DNA of 64,000 nucleotides from contig CM068748.1 in the NCBI GenBank assembly GCA_035084275.1, forward strand, positions 10,850,001 through 10,914,000. The letters are read 5' to 3'. Source of the stretch: Hydrolagus colliei. Its lineage: Eukaryota. The notes beneath the pieces are model-generated. The model saw only the letters and a program-made list of their open reading frames with translations. It did no database searches and was not told the DNA's origin. Made by a program: the position numbers and the translations under genes. Each line of letters begins with the position of its first letter. The stretch's first letter is position 1. Of the stretch, positions 39,985 to 53,370 are shown piece after piece.

Positions 39985-40290
39985 GTCAGTTGGCAGCATG
40001 CTTGCCTCTGAGTAAGAAATTCAGGCTCCTCGTTGGGACTTCCATCTCGCATAGCATAGACTGACATACCAATAAGGTGCTGTGGAAGCTCTATGTTGTT
40101 GGAGGTGGTGGGCCAATGGTGGGATGGGCGGGTCAGGGGACGTGGAGCAGGCCGGAGCCTGCTGAGCGGAGGGGGCGGGCAGGTTGGAGCTTTGAATGTG
40201 AATAATATAAATTATTCAGTAAATCCTAAAAAGTGCTTTGTGGTGGCTTCCGGACATAAAAGGTGCTATATCAAATGTAATGATTAATCC
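39985..40290 (+). mobile_element. Old Deu-type SINE remnant containing a ~70-bp minus-strand L2 fragment (~40110-40185)
   Basis: cttgcctctgagtaagaa...tagactgacatacc head; gggcgggtcaggggacgtggagcaggccggagcctgctgagcggagg is L2 ORF2; aaaggtgctatatcaaatg tail. Confidence 0.65.
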
Positions 40291-40608
40291 TGTTTTCTAT
40301 TAATGGTGTTCTAAAACCCTAGTTAATGTCTAGATATATTTGTTACATTTCATGCTGCTAATCACAGCTATAATCTTTCAATCAAAAATGGAATGATGAA
40401 CCTAATGGAAGTTAAACATGAAATTATTGCCATGTCTATCAGATTATAAGGCAACTGTCTTTGAGTTTATAGTTGTTTTTGTAGATTAATATTTTTGAAC
40501 TCCACGCGGCGTTATCAAATACGTATAGAAAATGATTACCTGAAAATTATAAGTGTAACGCCTATATAATGGGTAATGTGCTGAAAACTGCTTGTTTGTG
40601 CTTTCCAG

Positions 40609-40939
40609 CGAGCAGATCTTGCAATATCAGCTATAACTATCACTCCAGAACGAGAAAGTGTTGTGGATTTCAGCAAGCGGTACATGGACTACTCCGTTGG
40701 AATCCTCCTAAGAAAACCAGAAGAAAAGATTAACATCTTTTCTGTCTTTGCCCCCTTTGACCTGGCAGTCTGGGCTTGCATAGCGGCAGCAATCCCTGTG
40801 GTGGGAGTCCTGATCTTCGTGCTCAATCGGGTTCAGTTGATCCGAGCACAATCCCCATCGAAACCTCAGACTCCTCCTTCCAATTCCAACACTCTGCACA
40901 GTGCCATCTGGCTTGTCTACGGTGCCTTTGTTCAGCAAG
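40609..40939 (+). CDS. GRID1: GRID1 exon 11 (end of S1, M1, M2 pore helix): [29 protein letters not shown]...[15 protein letters not shown](G)
   Basis: ctttccag acceptor, CAAG/gtgcgt donor; 331 nt; phase 0/1; agonist-binding TITPER Arg present. Confidence 0.98.
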
Positions 40940-41169
40940 GTGCGTCAAAACCACACTAGTATTTTGGCAACAGGGTTAGTGTGAATTGTTATTGAACATA
41001 ACATAACTCACCTGGTGCAGATCAATGACGTACAATGGGAAATCTAGTAACCTGCGGAAAGTACAGTGAATGGCAGAAATGCACATGGTAGAGATACAGG
41101 GAAACAATTACAGCATAGTTGGCTGGAACCAATGTCTGAGCAACTGTTGTTAGAGGGTCAGGAAAAATT

Positions 41170-41555
41170 GGCTGAATTTTAGGTTATCAATGTGCTGCTA
41201 ATTATACTTGTAGCACAATGCAAATAGCACACTGGAAATTACATTAATGGAGACTTAATGGCCTGGAAATCAACCTTTTTAAGATGGGATGGTGTTTTTG
41301 GTTAGTGAGGTTCCATGGGTAAAGTTATATTGACGGGTGGGTTACCCTATATAACAAGGAATTGTAGTGTGCGTGGAATTTCTGTGTGTTTATTTTTACG
41401 TATAAGCACATTTTCCACTTGACTGTGGTTCATTGAAAACTGAATGCCATATATCCATTGCCGTGTAAATAACCCCCTGCTTACATTACAAGGTTAATTT
41501 AGCAGCAGGTAGGGTGGAATAAGCCATCATCAAGGAGACTGCTAAATTTCTCCAG
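41170..41555. mobile_element. Possible old fold-back MITE, degraded
   Basis: tgctgctaattatacttgta (~41193) is an imperfect reverse complement of tacaaggttaatttagcagca (~41487); termini and TSD not resolvable. Confidence 0.35.
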
Positions 41556-44500
41556 AGTTACCTCTAATAATGAAGTAATTTCACTGACCACTCACCTACT
41601 TGACAACAACTGGGGAGGTTTTCACAGACAAAAAACAACAAACGTGATGAAACACCTGGTCCGCACCAGCAGCACGTGTTCAGAAGCATTATTAATAGCA
41701 CATTGTTTGAATCACTGGTACAGATGAGTGATAATTTAACTGGCTGAACAGGTGGAGCTTTAGCTAGTCAGCCGTAAAGCATTTTGTTGGTGCCTCAGGT
41801 GTCAGTCCTGCTTTATGCTACAGCAATGTAGAGGTGCCATTGCTATTAAAGAAAAGGTGGAAATCACCAGTTTTGGAGATGCTAACTGCCTCTGACTTCC
41901 AATGTTCCAGGGAACCAATTTATTAGTTTGCTGCTGATTTCAAGAAGTGCCATAGGTAGGGCATTGATAATGTAAATAAGTTACAAAAGTATAAATCCAG
42001 ATCTTATCATAAATGTGTCCATTAGATGTACGTACATCACTTTGTCAATTTGACGGCTGTAGCTATGTGCAGAAGTAAGTACAGTAGTATAGTAGTAATC
42101 TCCATAGGTGTAAATATACAAACACTTGATCTGATAAATAGAAATGCTGCATTTACAACACAGTTACATTCATTCAGCTTTTATATAAAACACCTATGCA
42201 ATATACTGTATACAAGAAATCTTGTAGGTGTGAGGAATATTATTATGCATCATTATGATAACTAAAAACTGAAATCTTTTCTGGTTAAACAAGTAATTTT
42301 GACACCAACTGTATTTATACTTTATTCAATGATAAAATATATTAACTATGCAGAGGGTGGGGGTGGGGAGGACAAGAGCAGGTGAAAGGATTGGTAGGCT
42401 CAAAAGAGGTTTCATGGGGCTTGGCTCTACATCCACAGTACACTGTATGGTGCACTAGCATTCCCCTCAAGACATAAATGTCCACAGCATGATGGCATAT
42501 TAAAGTCTGCTGGTTTCAGCAATGCGTATCATATCTCCTGGAGAAATAAACTCCTGGTGTCATGCAACATTGCATTATTTTATATATATTCTCACCTCAC
42601 AATGCATGTGATAGAACATTATTGCCCATCTATCCTGTAAATATGGAACTAAAAACTGTAATTCTCTTGCGACCTCTGATATTATGCTGAGCCCTGAAAT
42701 AATAATCCTTCCATTTATATAGTGGCTTACAATTTGAAACATCTCAAAGTACTTAACAGATTTTTCTAAAATTGTAGTGACTGTAGGTGTAGGTAAACAC
42801 ATATAATTCCTGTTACGAATTGTGGAATTATTAAATCTTTTTAAAACTAATTTTAGGTTGCTCCACTCCCTCGGAGAATAGGTTACTGATGTGAAGCCAA
42901 GTTGTTCTTTTGTTCTTTGCAATTATTTTTTGCAGTGCAAAAAGCTAATGTAAATGCCCTCAGGAATATCTATCACTTTAGATACTAATTTTAAATTCAA
43001 TAATTATCCCATTGGACATCTTATATCTAGAAATGAATGGAGATTTTCTGCAAGTTTCTTGGTTTTGTCCATGAAAACAATTTATTTTTATTTTCTGATA
43101 TTTCTGCTGTTTGACAATATCATAAATCTGTGAATTTACAATGTACACATTAGTGAGATTTTTACAGTATAAATTAAACGACAAAGTACTTAACTCATTC
43201 ATTAACTTTTGAAGCATGGGTATAGTGTGGCATTAAGTGGGATAAAATTGTGAGCTGTGGAATAAAATGAATATGTATTAAAAAGAGCACGCCATGTGCC
43301 ACAGGTCGAGCTGAAAATTTTTCTTTATTGCTCGCTGCAGGGCAGCAAGGTTTAAGTGGTTTCAAAAGGAAACAACCGGCAGTGCTTATGTGATACCACG
43401 TGAGATTACTATATGACACCTTGTCAGCCAATCAGCATTCAGTCAGATAGTGAAAGTGAACAAGTTGACGTGGCTTCTGTCATGTTGTGACAAAATGTCC
43501 AGTAAACCATTTCGCACGAGTGATGGAAAACAAAAGGAGATATCTATTTTGCAATGTTTCTTCTCAAGCTACACGTTGAGCTGTCATTTCATCTATTGTA
43601 GCTCTAACACAAACTAGTTGGCTTCGGTTGTACGAGAGCGCCATGCAATGTTGTTGCCATTGCTGCGATGGAAGGCATGCTTTAATTCAGAGAGCCACAC
43701 TGATTGAAAGGAAAAATGTTTTGGTTTGTTACCAAGTGCACAAAGCTTCAGAAAGGCTAGCCTCTCAACAGAACTGACATTACCCTACAAAAAAAGACCA
43801 CAGTTTCACGTATATTTTTTGAAAAAAGGCAAATATTACCTGGAGAGATCATGACGTCTTCTGTACATTGGACCCGATTGAATAACTTGGCTACGGTTTA
43901 ATGTTCACAGTGAAGTGAGCCCAAAGGTAGTGTTTTGGAAGGAATTATTGCAAACTGATGGATGGGCGTAGAAATCGAAAAGGCGTTTGGCTTCCAATAT
44001 TATGGAGACCATCAGAAGATTCAATTTATAATGTTTTACCATGGATATCAGTGTGTGATCAAAGAAGGGCAAATGGATCCATTTACCCAGAGACATCCTG
44101 GTTAATATTTTATCGTACTTGCTTTTTTCCTGAAACATTGATACCTAAACTGGGCAAGTACAAATCAGAGTATTTTCTCACAACAAAGTGCCTTTGACAA
44201 GATATAAGCCATTCATTTACCCAGGCATCAGTGTTCTTTAACAGCTCTCTTTTCTATGGATTTATTTGGGAGAATATCTTGAATGATATTTTAAAAAATT
44301 ATTCTTTGCTCAAAAATGAAAATCCCACAATCATCTAAAATCATCTAACCCCACAACATCAACAACAACTTGCATTTATATAGCTCCTCCAAAAAATGTA
44401 AATTAACCCTAGTGTGAAAGTAACTAGCTATCAGTTCCGAATTCCCCAAATAACAAAACCCCTCTTGCACTCCACCTAATTTGTCTTGACACAATCTACT

Positions 44501-45539
44501 TGATCTGCTAACTTCACTTGTCAGAATAATCCCACTTCTATATTTATTTACCATTTCTCTGAGTAATACTATTGGCTCGAGTGCAAATGAGGATTCAGAT
44601 CTTAAATCTGGTTAATCGCTGGAACAGGGTAAAGCAATACAATTGGCACTGTTGAATAGCAAGCGATATCCACTAATGATTTAGGATCAAGAATGACAAG
44701 AACACAGTCATTGTTTTCGGGGCTGGTGGTGGGGGTGGTGGAATGGTGCAGAACTAAGAATACTTGCACGTGATGCAGTACTTTTTCACGGTATCAAGAC
44801 ACCACAAAGCGCCTAACAGAATATACCGTAAAGTGGAATTACTGTGTGCCACTTCCCCAGCTATCTCATTATTCCAGGATGAGAGCATCGTAACAGGATA
44901 AAATTTAATACTAATGTGCACTAATATATCTGGTAGTAAAATAATTTTGCAAAGATGGTATTGCTTTTTATGAGTTATAGAAAAAAGTCTTATTTTATTA
45001 ACTTAATTGGTGCATGTGAATTAGGTCTAGTTAGCACTCTTTGTAATGTATTATGACTTTCAATATAATGATCTAGAATTTTTAAAGGACAAATAATACA
45101 TATTTTGAGTTATATTGGGACATCTTTAATTTGCATAATTCTTTAATATGTTATTTAATTAGCATATTGAATTTATCCTCCAGCTTACATAAAAGTAGTT
45201 GTTAAGTCATTTATGAGGTTTGGCCATTTCTACAGCATTGCTTCACCTTCTGTAATGCAAAAAAAAACAGAGAAAAATAAATATGAAATCAAAACAAGTA
45301 CACAGTATGTTCTGGATACCTCACACCCATCCTGAAAGTCCACAGACCAGTTGTTAATAATTCTGATAAATTCATCTATCCATTGAAGGGAATGGGCATA
45401 TTCTTGTGAAGTCCAGTCTTTATTCCCCAAATATGTGAGGTACAATACTGAGATTGCTCCTTTCTGTGCTCTGCTATTTTCCTTTTTGATGCACGTTTAT
45501 TCTGTTACTGTATGATAGAAAGAGAATGTGCACACTGAT

Positions 45540-45730
45540 CATGGTGGATCACTTTCTGGGGGTAATAATCTGTTGAAAATAAATTGGGTCACTCAATCTA
45601 AACAACTGCCATGTTCGCCCACAAAATACACAGTCAATTCACTGTACAATATATTCTGTGAAGTGCTTTGAGACATGTCAATGATGTGATAATGTACTAT
45701 ATCAATTGGAAGGATTACTATTATTATAAG
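45540..45730 (+). mobile_element. SINE 3' half, ~150 bp upstream of exon 12
   Basis: ggatcactttctggggg...cccacaaaatacacagtcaattcactg...gaagtgctttgagac...ggattactattatt. Confidence 0.8.
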
Positions 45731-45878
45731 GTTCAACAGTACTGAGTCAGGACTGAAGATAACTGATGCCTGTTAGTGAAAAATATGTAAACACCTTCAT
45801 TTACATGCTTCCTTTATTAGATGTCACTATTTCAATTTTTTTTAAAAACTTTCTATTTAATTTTATTGCCTATTCCAG

Positions 45879-46017
45879 GTGGGGAATCAGCCATGAACTC
45901 TGTTGCCATGCGAATAGTGATGGGTAGCTGGTGGCTCTTCACGCTCATTGTGTGTTCGTCGTACACAGCAAACCTAGCTGCATTTCTCACCGTCTCCAGA
46001 ATGGATAATTCAGTGCG
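45879..46017 (+). CDS. GRID1: GRID1 exon 12 (M3 gate): (G)[45 protein letters not shown](R)
   Basis: tattccag acceptor, CG/gtatgt donor; 139 nt; phase 1/2; intact SYTANLAAF (no lurcher-type change). Confidence 0.98.
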
Positions 46018-47577
46018 GTATGTGACCTTCTGTTATCATAAGGAAATTACTCTTGCTTTGCACATGATGTGTCAAATATACAATTGTAATTTCATTCTCC
46101 ACATGTCTAAGCATTTCTTAATCTGCTTTGCAGTACATAATCATCTCATGGTAATGAGAATTGAGTGGCATGTTTAGGATGGATTAGATGTTGTATTTTC
46201 ACGTTAGGGCCTTGGGATCAAATCCATCTTAGACTAAAGAGATGAGTATTTTCTCTCTCTACTTGTTAGAGTTATGATAATGTGCTTGAGGAAGTTCTGA
46301 CTTTTATTTGAAGAACAACAACAACAAAACTACATTAAAGCACATGTTTAGTACACAACTGCCCACATTTCATTATAGATTATCATTAGATTGTTCATAG
46401 GATCCATGGGGTGACTGTGTCGGGATGGAAATGTGAGCTTGGGTGGATGTTGGACTCATGGCATGTTATTGTTATTATTTGTTATGGATTCCCTGGCCTA
46501 TATTTCTAACATGCTACCTGTTTCATGTCAACATTATGGCAGAAAGTGGTTCAGTCAGATTTTTAATCCTGCGGTTTTAAATGGAAGTTGAAATATAATA
46601 TTTTGGGGGCAGTTAGGGGCCTAACAATACCATCAAGGTCATATTATTATCAATTCCAAATCTAAATGTACACCCTCCCTTACCCAGCATAGGCCTTGAC
46701 TGACAAAATTATTAGAAAATCTAATCTTTATGAATTGCTGTCACTGACCATCTGCAAAAAGGAAACATATTAATTGGTGCTTGTGCAATTTTAAGGTATG
46801 CAGAGATGGTGGAGAAAATTTATTAAGACTGGGGAAGTTCATCTGAATGGGCAAAAATTATTTAATTCTAGAAATGTGAATAGTCAGGAGGAGGAACTTG
46901 TAAGGGTATAATTTACTCATAAGACTCCAATGGCATCAGAAGACTACTCTTCAGTACCTGAATGTTCAGAAGTCTATTCAGTGAAACAACTACTGTAGTC
47001 TTCTGAGATTCACAGCATTATATTGCTTTTGAAAGAATAGCTATGGTTGCCATGAGAAACCTGCTTTAGTTTAATAAAAGTTTGAATAACCTCTAGACAT
47101 CACCTGTCAGTCACTTAAGAATCTTTCCTCCCAGTTACCAGGCCTTGGCTGCATCAACATGAGGTGGTGAAATGGATATATGGTGTGTTAAATGGAAAGA
47201 GACAAAATTGTGTTCTAAGGAAAGAGACAATCACAGATTAAAGACTCTGGCTGCTTGTTTTACGTCACCTTGCTAACCTGAGCGTTAGAAACAATCATTG
47301 GTATTTGTTAAATACGTAGGTTAGTTGGAGTGGTCTGCACTGGACTACCTGCAAGGATTTCCATTGTATTAGACCATACAATCTTAATCATATCTATTTA
47401 TAGATATGTTGTGAAATATGATATGTTGTCTGTTGTGAAAGTGGAGTTATTTTGCTATGGTATAGTGAATAGTTAAAGAAAAATAGTTTATGAGGATGCA
47501 TCTAATCCAAATTGTGGCATTAAGAAGTAGATTCAATTCAGTAATCTATTGTGATTCAGGTTAAAAAAAACTTGGTA

Positions 47578-47956
47578 CAGTAAAAGCTTGTTTATCCAGC
47601 ACCCAACCAACTGGAACGCTCAACCCCAACCGGTATCTCCCAAAACAATTCACCATTCCAACAAACGGATCTCAAACCGGAGCCATCCGGGACACTCATG
47701 AGTTTGCTCACTTTGCACACTTATTAAACTTAATGAACGCTGGAATTTTTATTTTACTGAGTGTGCTGGAATGCTTTATTGGTAAGTATCCATACAATAT
47801 TCTGTTATTATTTAGTCTATTATTAATATGGTATGTTTTAAAATAAAGTTAATTTTCTATCTAGGATTTTCGGCAACTTAACGCTCAAATATCCAGCATA
47901 TTAATTAACCGGCACCAGTCAGGTCCCAAGGGCGCCAGATAAACGAGCTTTTACTG
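47578..47956. mobile_element. Tigger/pogo-like MITE (379 bp), TA TSD
   Basis: TA|CAGTAAAAGCTTGTTTATCCAGCACCC ... GGGCGCCAGATAAACGAGCTTTTACTG|TA; 27-bp TIR with 4 transition mismatches; internal AACCGG-type subrepeats. Confidence 0.9.
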
Positions 47957-48702
47957 TATCATGGTTTGAAGAACTAGCTCCTAGGTGACATGCTTGACAA
48001 TGGAATGTTGGAATTGTGCCACCCCTTTGTAGCAGTTTCGAGAGTCTGGTTCCTGAGCCACATGGGTCAGCAGTGATCCAGGACATTGCTGATGACAGCA
48101 CAACCAGTCAGGCTTATCGGCAGTACCTGGAAGGGCAGATCAACCACCGGGGGCAAGGAGTTATCACATTCTGCTTCTGTTAAACCTTCAAGCCAAAGCT
48201 GATAGGATGGTCCCAGCTGGTCAAGCAGTGGGAAAACTTGCCAGATGGCAATCTATTCCAACAATCTATCTCTGGGATTTCCATGTATAGGTGGGATGCA
48301 TAGAAATCTCAGCTTGGTTTGGATATTTTTAAGCATGGTGCTGGGTTTCCACATATGTCAAGACAACCGGCTGACCCAATTTTTTTTTAAAAAGGTTTAA
48401 ACTTTATGGGAGTTATTCTACTCTGTTGGTTCAGTGTAAGACATCATTGAATATGAATTTATAATCCAATCATTCTTTGATATCAAGTAGTCAGTCACTC
48501 CCATTATGATTACTGCTGTGTGTGCATTTTTTTTTACTATTCTGCTGATAACTCAGTTCCTTTACATAAGTGAGAACATTTTCAAAAGTGAATCTCACAT
48601 CAAACCATCCTTAAAACCAACCAGTTAAAAAGAGTTAAAAAGAGTTAAAATTCCTTATTTTATGATATGATTATTTTGGCAAGGAAATGAAGGCTATCAG
48701 AG

Positions 48703-48725
48703 GAATAGAATAGAATAGAATAGAA
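48703..48725. repeat. (GAATA)n pentanucleotide microsatellite
   Basis: gaatagaatagaatagaatagaa. Confidence 0.85.
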
Positions 48726-49662
48726 AAATGATAATGTTATACTACATGTACCTCAGATACAATTGCTGTCAAGTGTAGTGACTTTTTCATAAACAGACAC
48801 AGCAGCCATCATCCTAATATCCAACGACTGATTGATTGAATTGGGTTAGAGCTGGCATTTTGTGGTCAGAAAATACTGAAATCAGCAGTGCAGTGCAGGC
48901 AGAGCAATTGCAAGCCTTTCATCTGGAAGTCTGGAAGCACTTTTCTAAATATGATTGATTGAAGCGCTCTGAGAAGCCATCCGCATGGATGTAAATCGAA
49001 GTTGTTGTTGATGAAATGAATGGATAGTGTTACATAGGCAAACAACCTGGTTAATGCCAGTACACCTCATCAACAATGAAGGGTAATAAAATTGAGAAAA
49101 AATATAAAGTGGTGTGTTCTTGAAACACTATTTATGAAACATTATATTGAATTATTGAAACTTGAAATATAGGCATAATTTGAACCTGAACTTTAAATGT
49201 TTGAGAACTTAGGTTGTTTCTACTTTTCCTCCAGCACCATACAATGATAGAAAAGCATACCAATGGAACTGGCACTTTTATGGGGGATTTTCTTGTTTTG
49301 TCTATTAGTCAGCATGATAACAGTGCAGCTGGAGACAGTTGTTACAGGACAGATATTCAACCTTATGGTTGCTGAAAGTACTCTATTGTTATTGCTATTC
49401 ACAAGTTATGTTTGCTGGATCCTGTTGCATTTCCTTCAACCCTGGTTCAGCAAGTAACATTAGTTTTCTATTTAAATTTGAATTATTTATTCCTCAATTG
49501 CAATCAGTACAGATAAGCCTATTCTGGGGCAACACTAGATGTTAGACATGGTGGTTGGAGAAAACTTTAGATGTAACAGATCTGGTGTCAGTTGGTGCAG
49601 TACTGGAGCTCAAAGCCCTTACAGACCAGGAATCAATCAATGCAACACTGGAGGACTGTACA

Positions 49663-50102
49663 AACAACAACAACAACAATGAAATTACATTTTTAGAGTG
49701 CCTTTCACGTCAGGAGGACGTCCCAAAGCGCTGAAGAGTCTGGGGTCGGGACCTGAGCATGGGGGAGGGGCAGGGTGATGGGGGAGGGGCAGGGTGGTGG
49801 GGGAGGGAGGGAGAGATATGGGAGGGCGGCAAGAGGCACGATCGAAAAGGAAAGTCTTGAGACCGGCCTTGAAGGAGGCAAGGGTGTAAGCGAGGCGAAG
49901 TGTCTGTGGGATGGAATTCCAGAGTATGGGGGCTGAGAGGCTGAAAGACCGGCAATCAATGGTTGGGCGGGTCAGGCAGGAGATATGGAGCAGACAGAAG
50001 CCCACTGAACAGAGTGGGTGGGCAGGTTGATAGGGAGTCAGCAGGTCGGTGAGTTAGGAAGGGGCAAGGCCATGAATGGCCTTGAAAGTGAGGATGAGGA
50101 CC
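49663..50102 (-). mobile_element. 5'-truncated L2 LINE
   Basis: RSFSLSAPILWNSIPQTLRLAYTLASFKAGLKTFLFDRA on the minus strand; (caa)n tail at left. Confidence 0.92.
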
Positions 50103-53100
50103 TAACCATTTATCAGTTACTGACAAACTCAACCATTTATCAGTGACAGGTGGACCTGAGCTTTCATGCTTTCTACCTTTTTTTCCAGTGATTTGTTTAA
50201 CCTATGATAGATCAGATTTGATTACTAGGCTAAGAAGATTTGGGAGTCGAATTTGTATAAGTGAAGTGAATGAAAAAAACGTTAGAAAGACAGAATTGCA
50301 TATCACTTTGTTACATCAAAATAACTTAAAGCAGTTCCCAGATAATTACTGTCAAGTGTACATTTTCTTTTTATTGGAAAAATATTTCCACTCGAAAGGC
50401 TCACTTCATGTATTGAAGTGCAGGATACCACCCCACATGAAGGGTGGTATATAATTGCAAGTAGTTGTTGCTGATCAAATAATAGAAGTGATCAATGCTT
50501 CCTGCAAACCACTAATCATATACTGTAGTCTACCCATCTTCCAATTTATATCCAAACCCATCTCATGTGGAGATTAATATTTAAGGCTTGATTTTGCTGA
50601 AAGGAAATCACCGGTGGGATATTTGTTTTGCAATTCATTGCTTGTTGACATGTGGTCCTTATTTCACCAACGTTGCCTTTTATTTTTCTTTGTTTTGTAA
50701 AGGAATCCGCCATACAGTCCTATGAACCTACACGTGGTAGTAGAAATGTCTAGTTTTACCTTGCAGCCTAATAACACTTGCGCTTCACAAAGAATTGCCT
50801 CTTGGTTGTTTTGCTGTCAGCAACCAGATTCTCAATCATGTCCTAGGCTCCATTTTTGTCCAATTTGCCTGTAGACTCCTCACTGAATCAATTTTATGCC
50901 TGGAATTTATAACTGCCTGAGGGATTATCTTTCCTTTCAGACTGAAACTTCATGTACTTCCCTCCGCAGCAGGATGTAGAGAGAGAGAATTGATCTGCTC
51001 GCAATATGAACAGCTTGAGAAGTGCCAAGCTCAAACCAGTTCTCTGAACAAAGTTAGAAATCTTGAAAACCACCAAACTAGGACATAGGGAAAAACAAAA
51101 TATTTTAGGACCTAATTGTTTAAAAGTTTTGTTTTCTCCATCTCCTCTTCTCATCACCTTCTGTCCTCTATTGTCATGGCCACAAGAGTGAGCCAATCTG
51201 GGATATAAACTTCTCCAACACTACAATCAGCACCACTATCTCATGGAAGGCTTGCTCAACAAAACTGGATGGATCTGGGTTCAACAATTTTTACTTTCTA
51301 TTCCCTAACAAAGAATGTTACACTCCATTGAGTGGTTCAGCCATAAACGTAAGGCTGCTGTCTTAGATTAGTTGAGGCTGGGGTAGCTTGAGTCTTGTGG
51401 ATGGTTGTGGAAGTGGCTGATGCAATCACTCAAAGTGTTTGAGACATTTATTGGTTCAAAAGGTCTCATTGTATGTATCACAGAAAATCTGTTGATTATG
51501 TGATATCTTTTCTATTGTATAATTTGTTCATATACATAAATTATCTTAAAATGTATACCAATACAGAATTAATTGCAATTGAACCTCCAGGCGTTAATTG
51601 CATATCTTCTGTGTATTTGAGAAGATTCCTCCCATGGTCAGATTGTAGTTAAGACAGAGCGAGACACGGCACCTGGTCCCTATGTATTCAATTTGCAACC
51701 ATTGTAATTATATTGCAGGATGTCAATCTGTGCCCTGCGATAACTATCACTGTAATCACCTGGCTCTAGTGCAATTCAAATGTATGACTCAACCAAATTC
51801 ATGTTAATCACAACCCAGAACATTTGAATCAATTCTGCCTCTCCATCTTTGTAGCAAAGGTGACTTTTCCGAAGCCACGAAAGAGGTTGGACAGTTTTTC
51901 AATCTGGGAAACCATACATACTTGAGCGAAGGAAAACCCGACAACACAAATTGCACTCAATTTCCATACAATTGTTTTTGCCTCTATTTATGTCAATTTG
52001 AATAAGTCCCAACAATTTTACCTTTACATGATAATGGATGTTGTGGGATTCATTTCAGTTTTTATTTTGACCATTGATCCTTGAGAAAAATTACAGCTTT
52101 CCACTGCAAAAGCATTATGAAGCACTGTAGTCCAAAGTAAGGCAAACAAAATGGTGATTCAGGCATAGGGGACATTTTCCAAATAGGTGCCGGGAATAAA
52201 GTTCAGGCAGAATTGGATCTCTGCTCAGGATTATTTGTACCTGTTATTTCCTATAAATTCACAAATCACTTCCCTCAAACAGGTACACCATGAGACCTTG
52301 AGGTTACAGAATAAGGATCCTGTAACATTAAATCCAGCTGTCGATAATCTGTGTACAGATTTGGGCATTAGTTGTAGATAGGCACCATAACTATAGAAAG
52401 ACTAAAATTTTAAATCTCCTTTTTCAGTGAACACTCACTGCTACAGTGCAGTAACACAGAGAAAGCTCTGCTCTCATCACTACACCATAGCATTGTGGGA
52501 TTACTGCAACAGAGTCCGCAGAGGGTACGTGCCATCCACTCGGTTTTCTGCATTGAAACAAGAGGTGAATGCTTAGAGGTCTGGTCAAGGAGCAATCTGG
52601 GAGAAGGGTGGCTGCAGGCTGATGTTGTTTGGCTTTCTCTAATTCCATTTACTTCTCTAGCTGTGGTCAATATAGTTGGAAAGTAAGTACTTTAAAGAGC
52701 AAAATGCAGGGAATTTAACCGCATAACATGTTTCCCTAGAGAGAGGCTGATCGTAATGAGAGAGAAAATTCAAACTGCACGCTTAACACTGCAAGCAGCC
52801 CCAGATTAAATAGGACTGATCTGACTCCTGTGGCCAATTAGAATGACAGCGTGATTTCTCCAATGACAAATTGGTATTGATGAAGTCATGTTGGACATGA
52901 AGGTGCCTCTGTACTGGCTGCTTTTCCTATTTTTCAGCATGAAGCAAATCGATTGAATTGCTGCATTTTACCACATAATGAAGTACAGAATTAGAGAAAA
53001 AATGTTCTAAAAAATATCGAACCTCTTCTTAAACATATATTCTAATTCATGGGTGGGAGGAAGATGCAAAAATCAATATGCTGGCCCTTGTGACCCAATA

Positions 53101-53199
53101 GTTGGATATATTAAACAGAACATTCCACAAGGGAACACTACACACTGATCACTATATTACACAGAGGAGCAAGAAATACTTAGTGCATCACACAGAGGA

Positions 53200-53370
53200 G
53201 TTATTGCTTGATAGGATGTGCACATGGATTCATAACTGGCAAATTAAGTTCAATACAGATAATTGAAACAAACAGCATGTAGGAATTAAGATAGGAGGCA
53301 CACGTACGGAGTGGATGAGTAGAACTTGCCAAGTCCAGAAGCTGTAAAAGATCTTGGAGTAACTAATTGC
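53200..53370 (+). mobile_element. Old CR1 reverse-transcriptase fragment
   Basis: tggattcataactggcaaattaagttcaatacagataattg (WIHNWQIKFNTDN) ... aaagatcttggagta (KDLGV). Confidence 0.65.

Noticed and set aside
40925-45878. Q/R-site-like CAG codon (FVQQG) with a possible intronic editing-complementary sequence, as in GRIA2/GRIK2
   Set aside because: By eye only an ~8-nt complement (gctgaaca near 41743) was found, with no extended duplex. Q/R editing is not established for GluD receptors.
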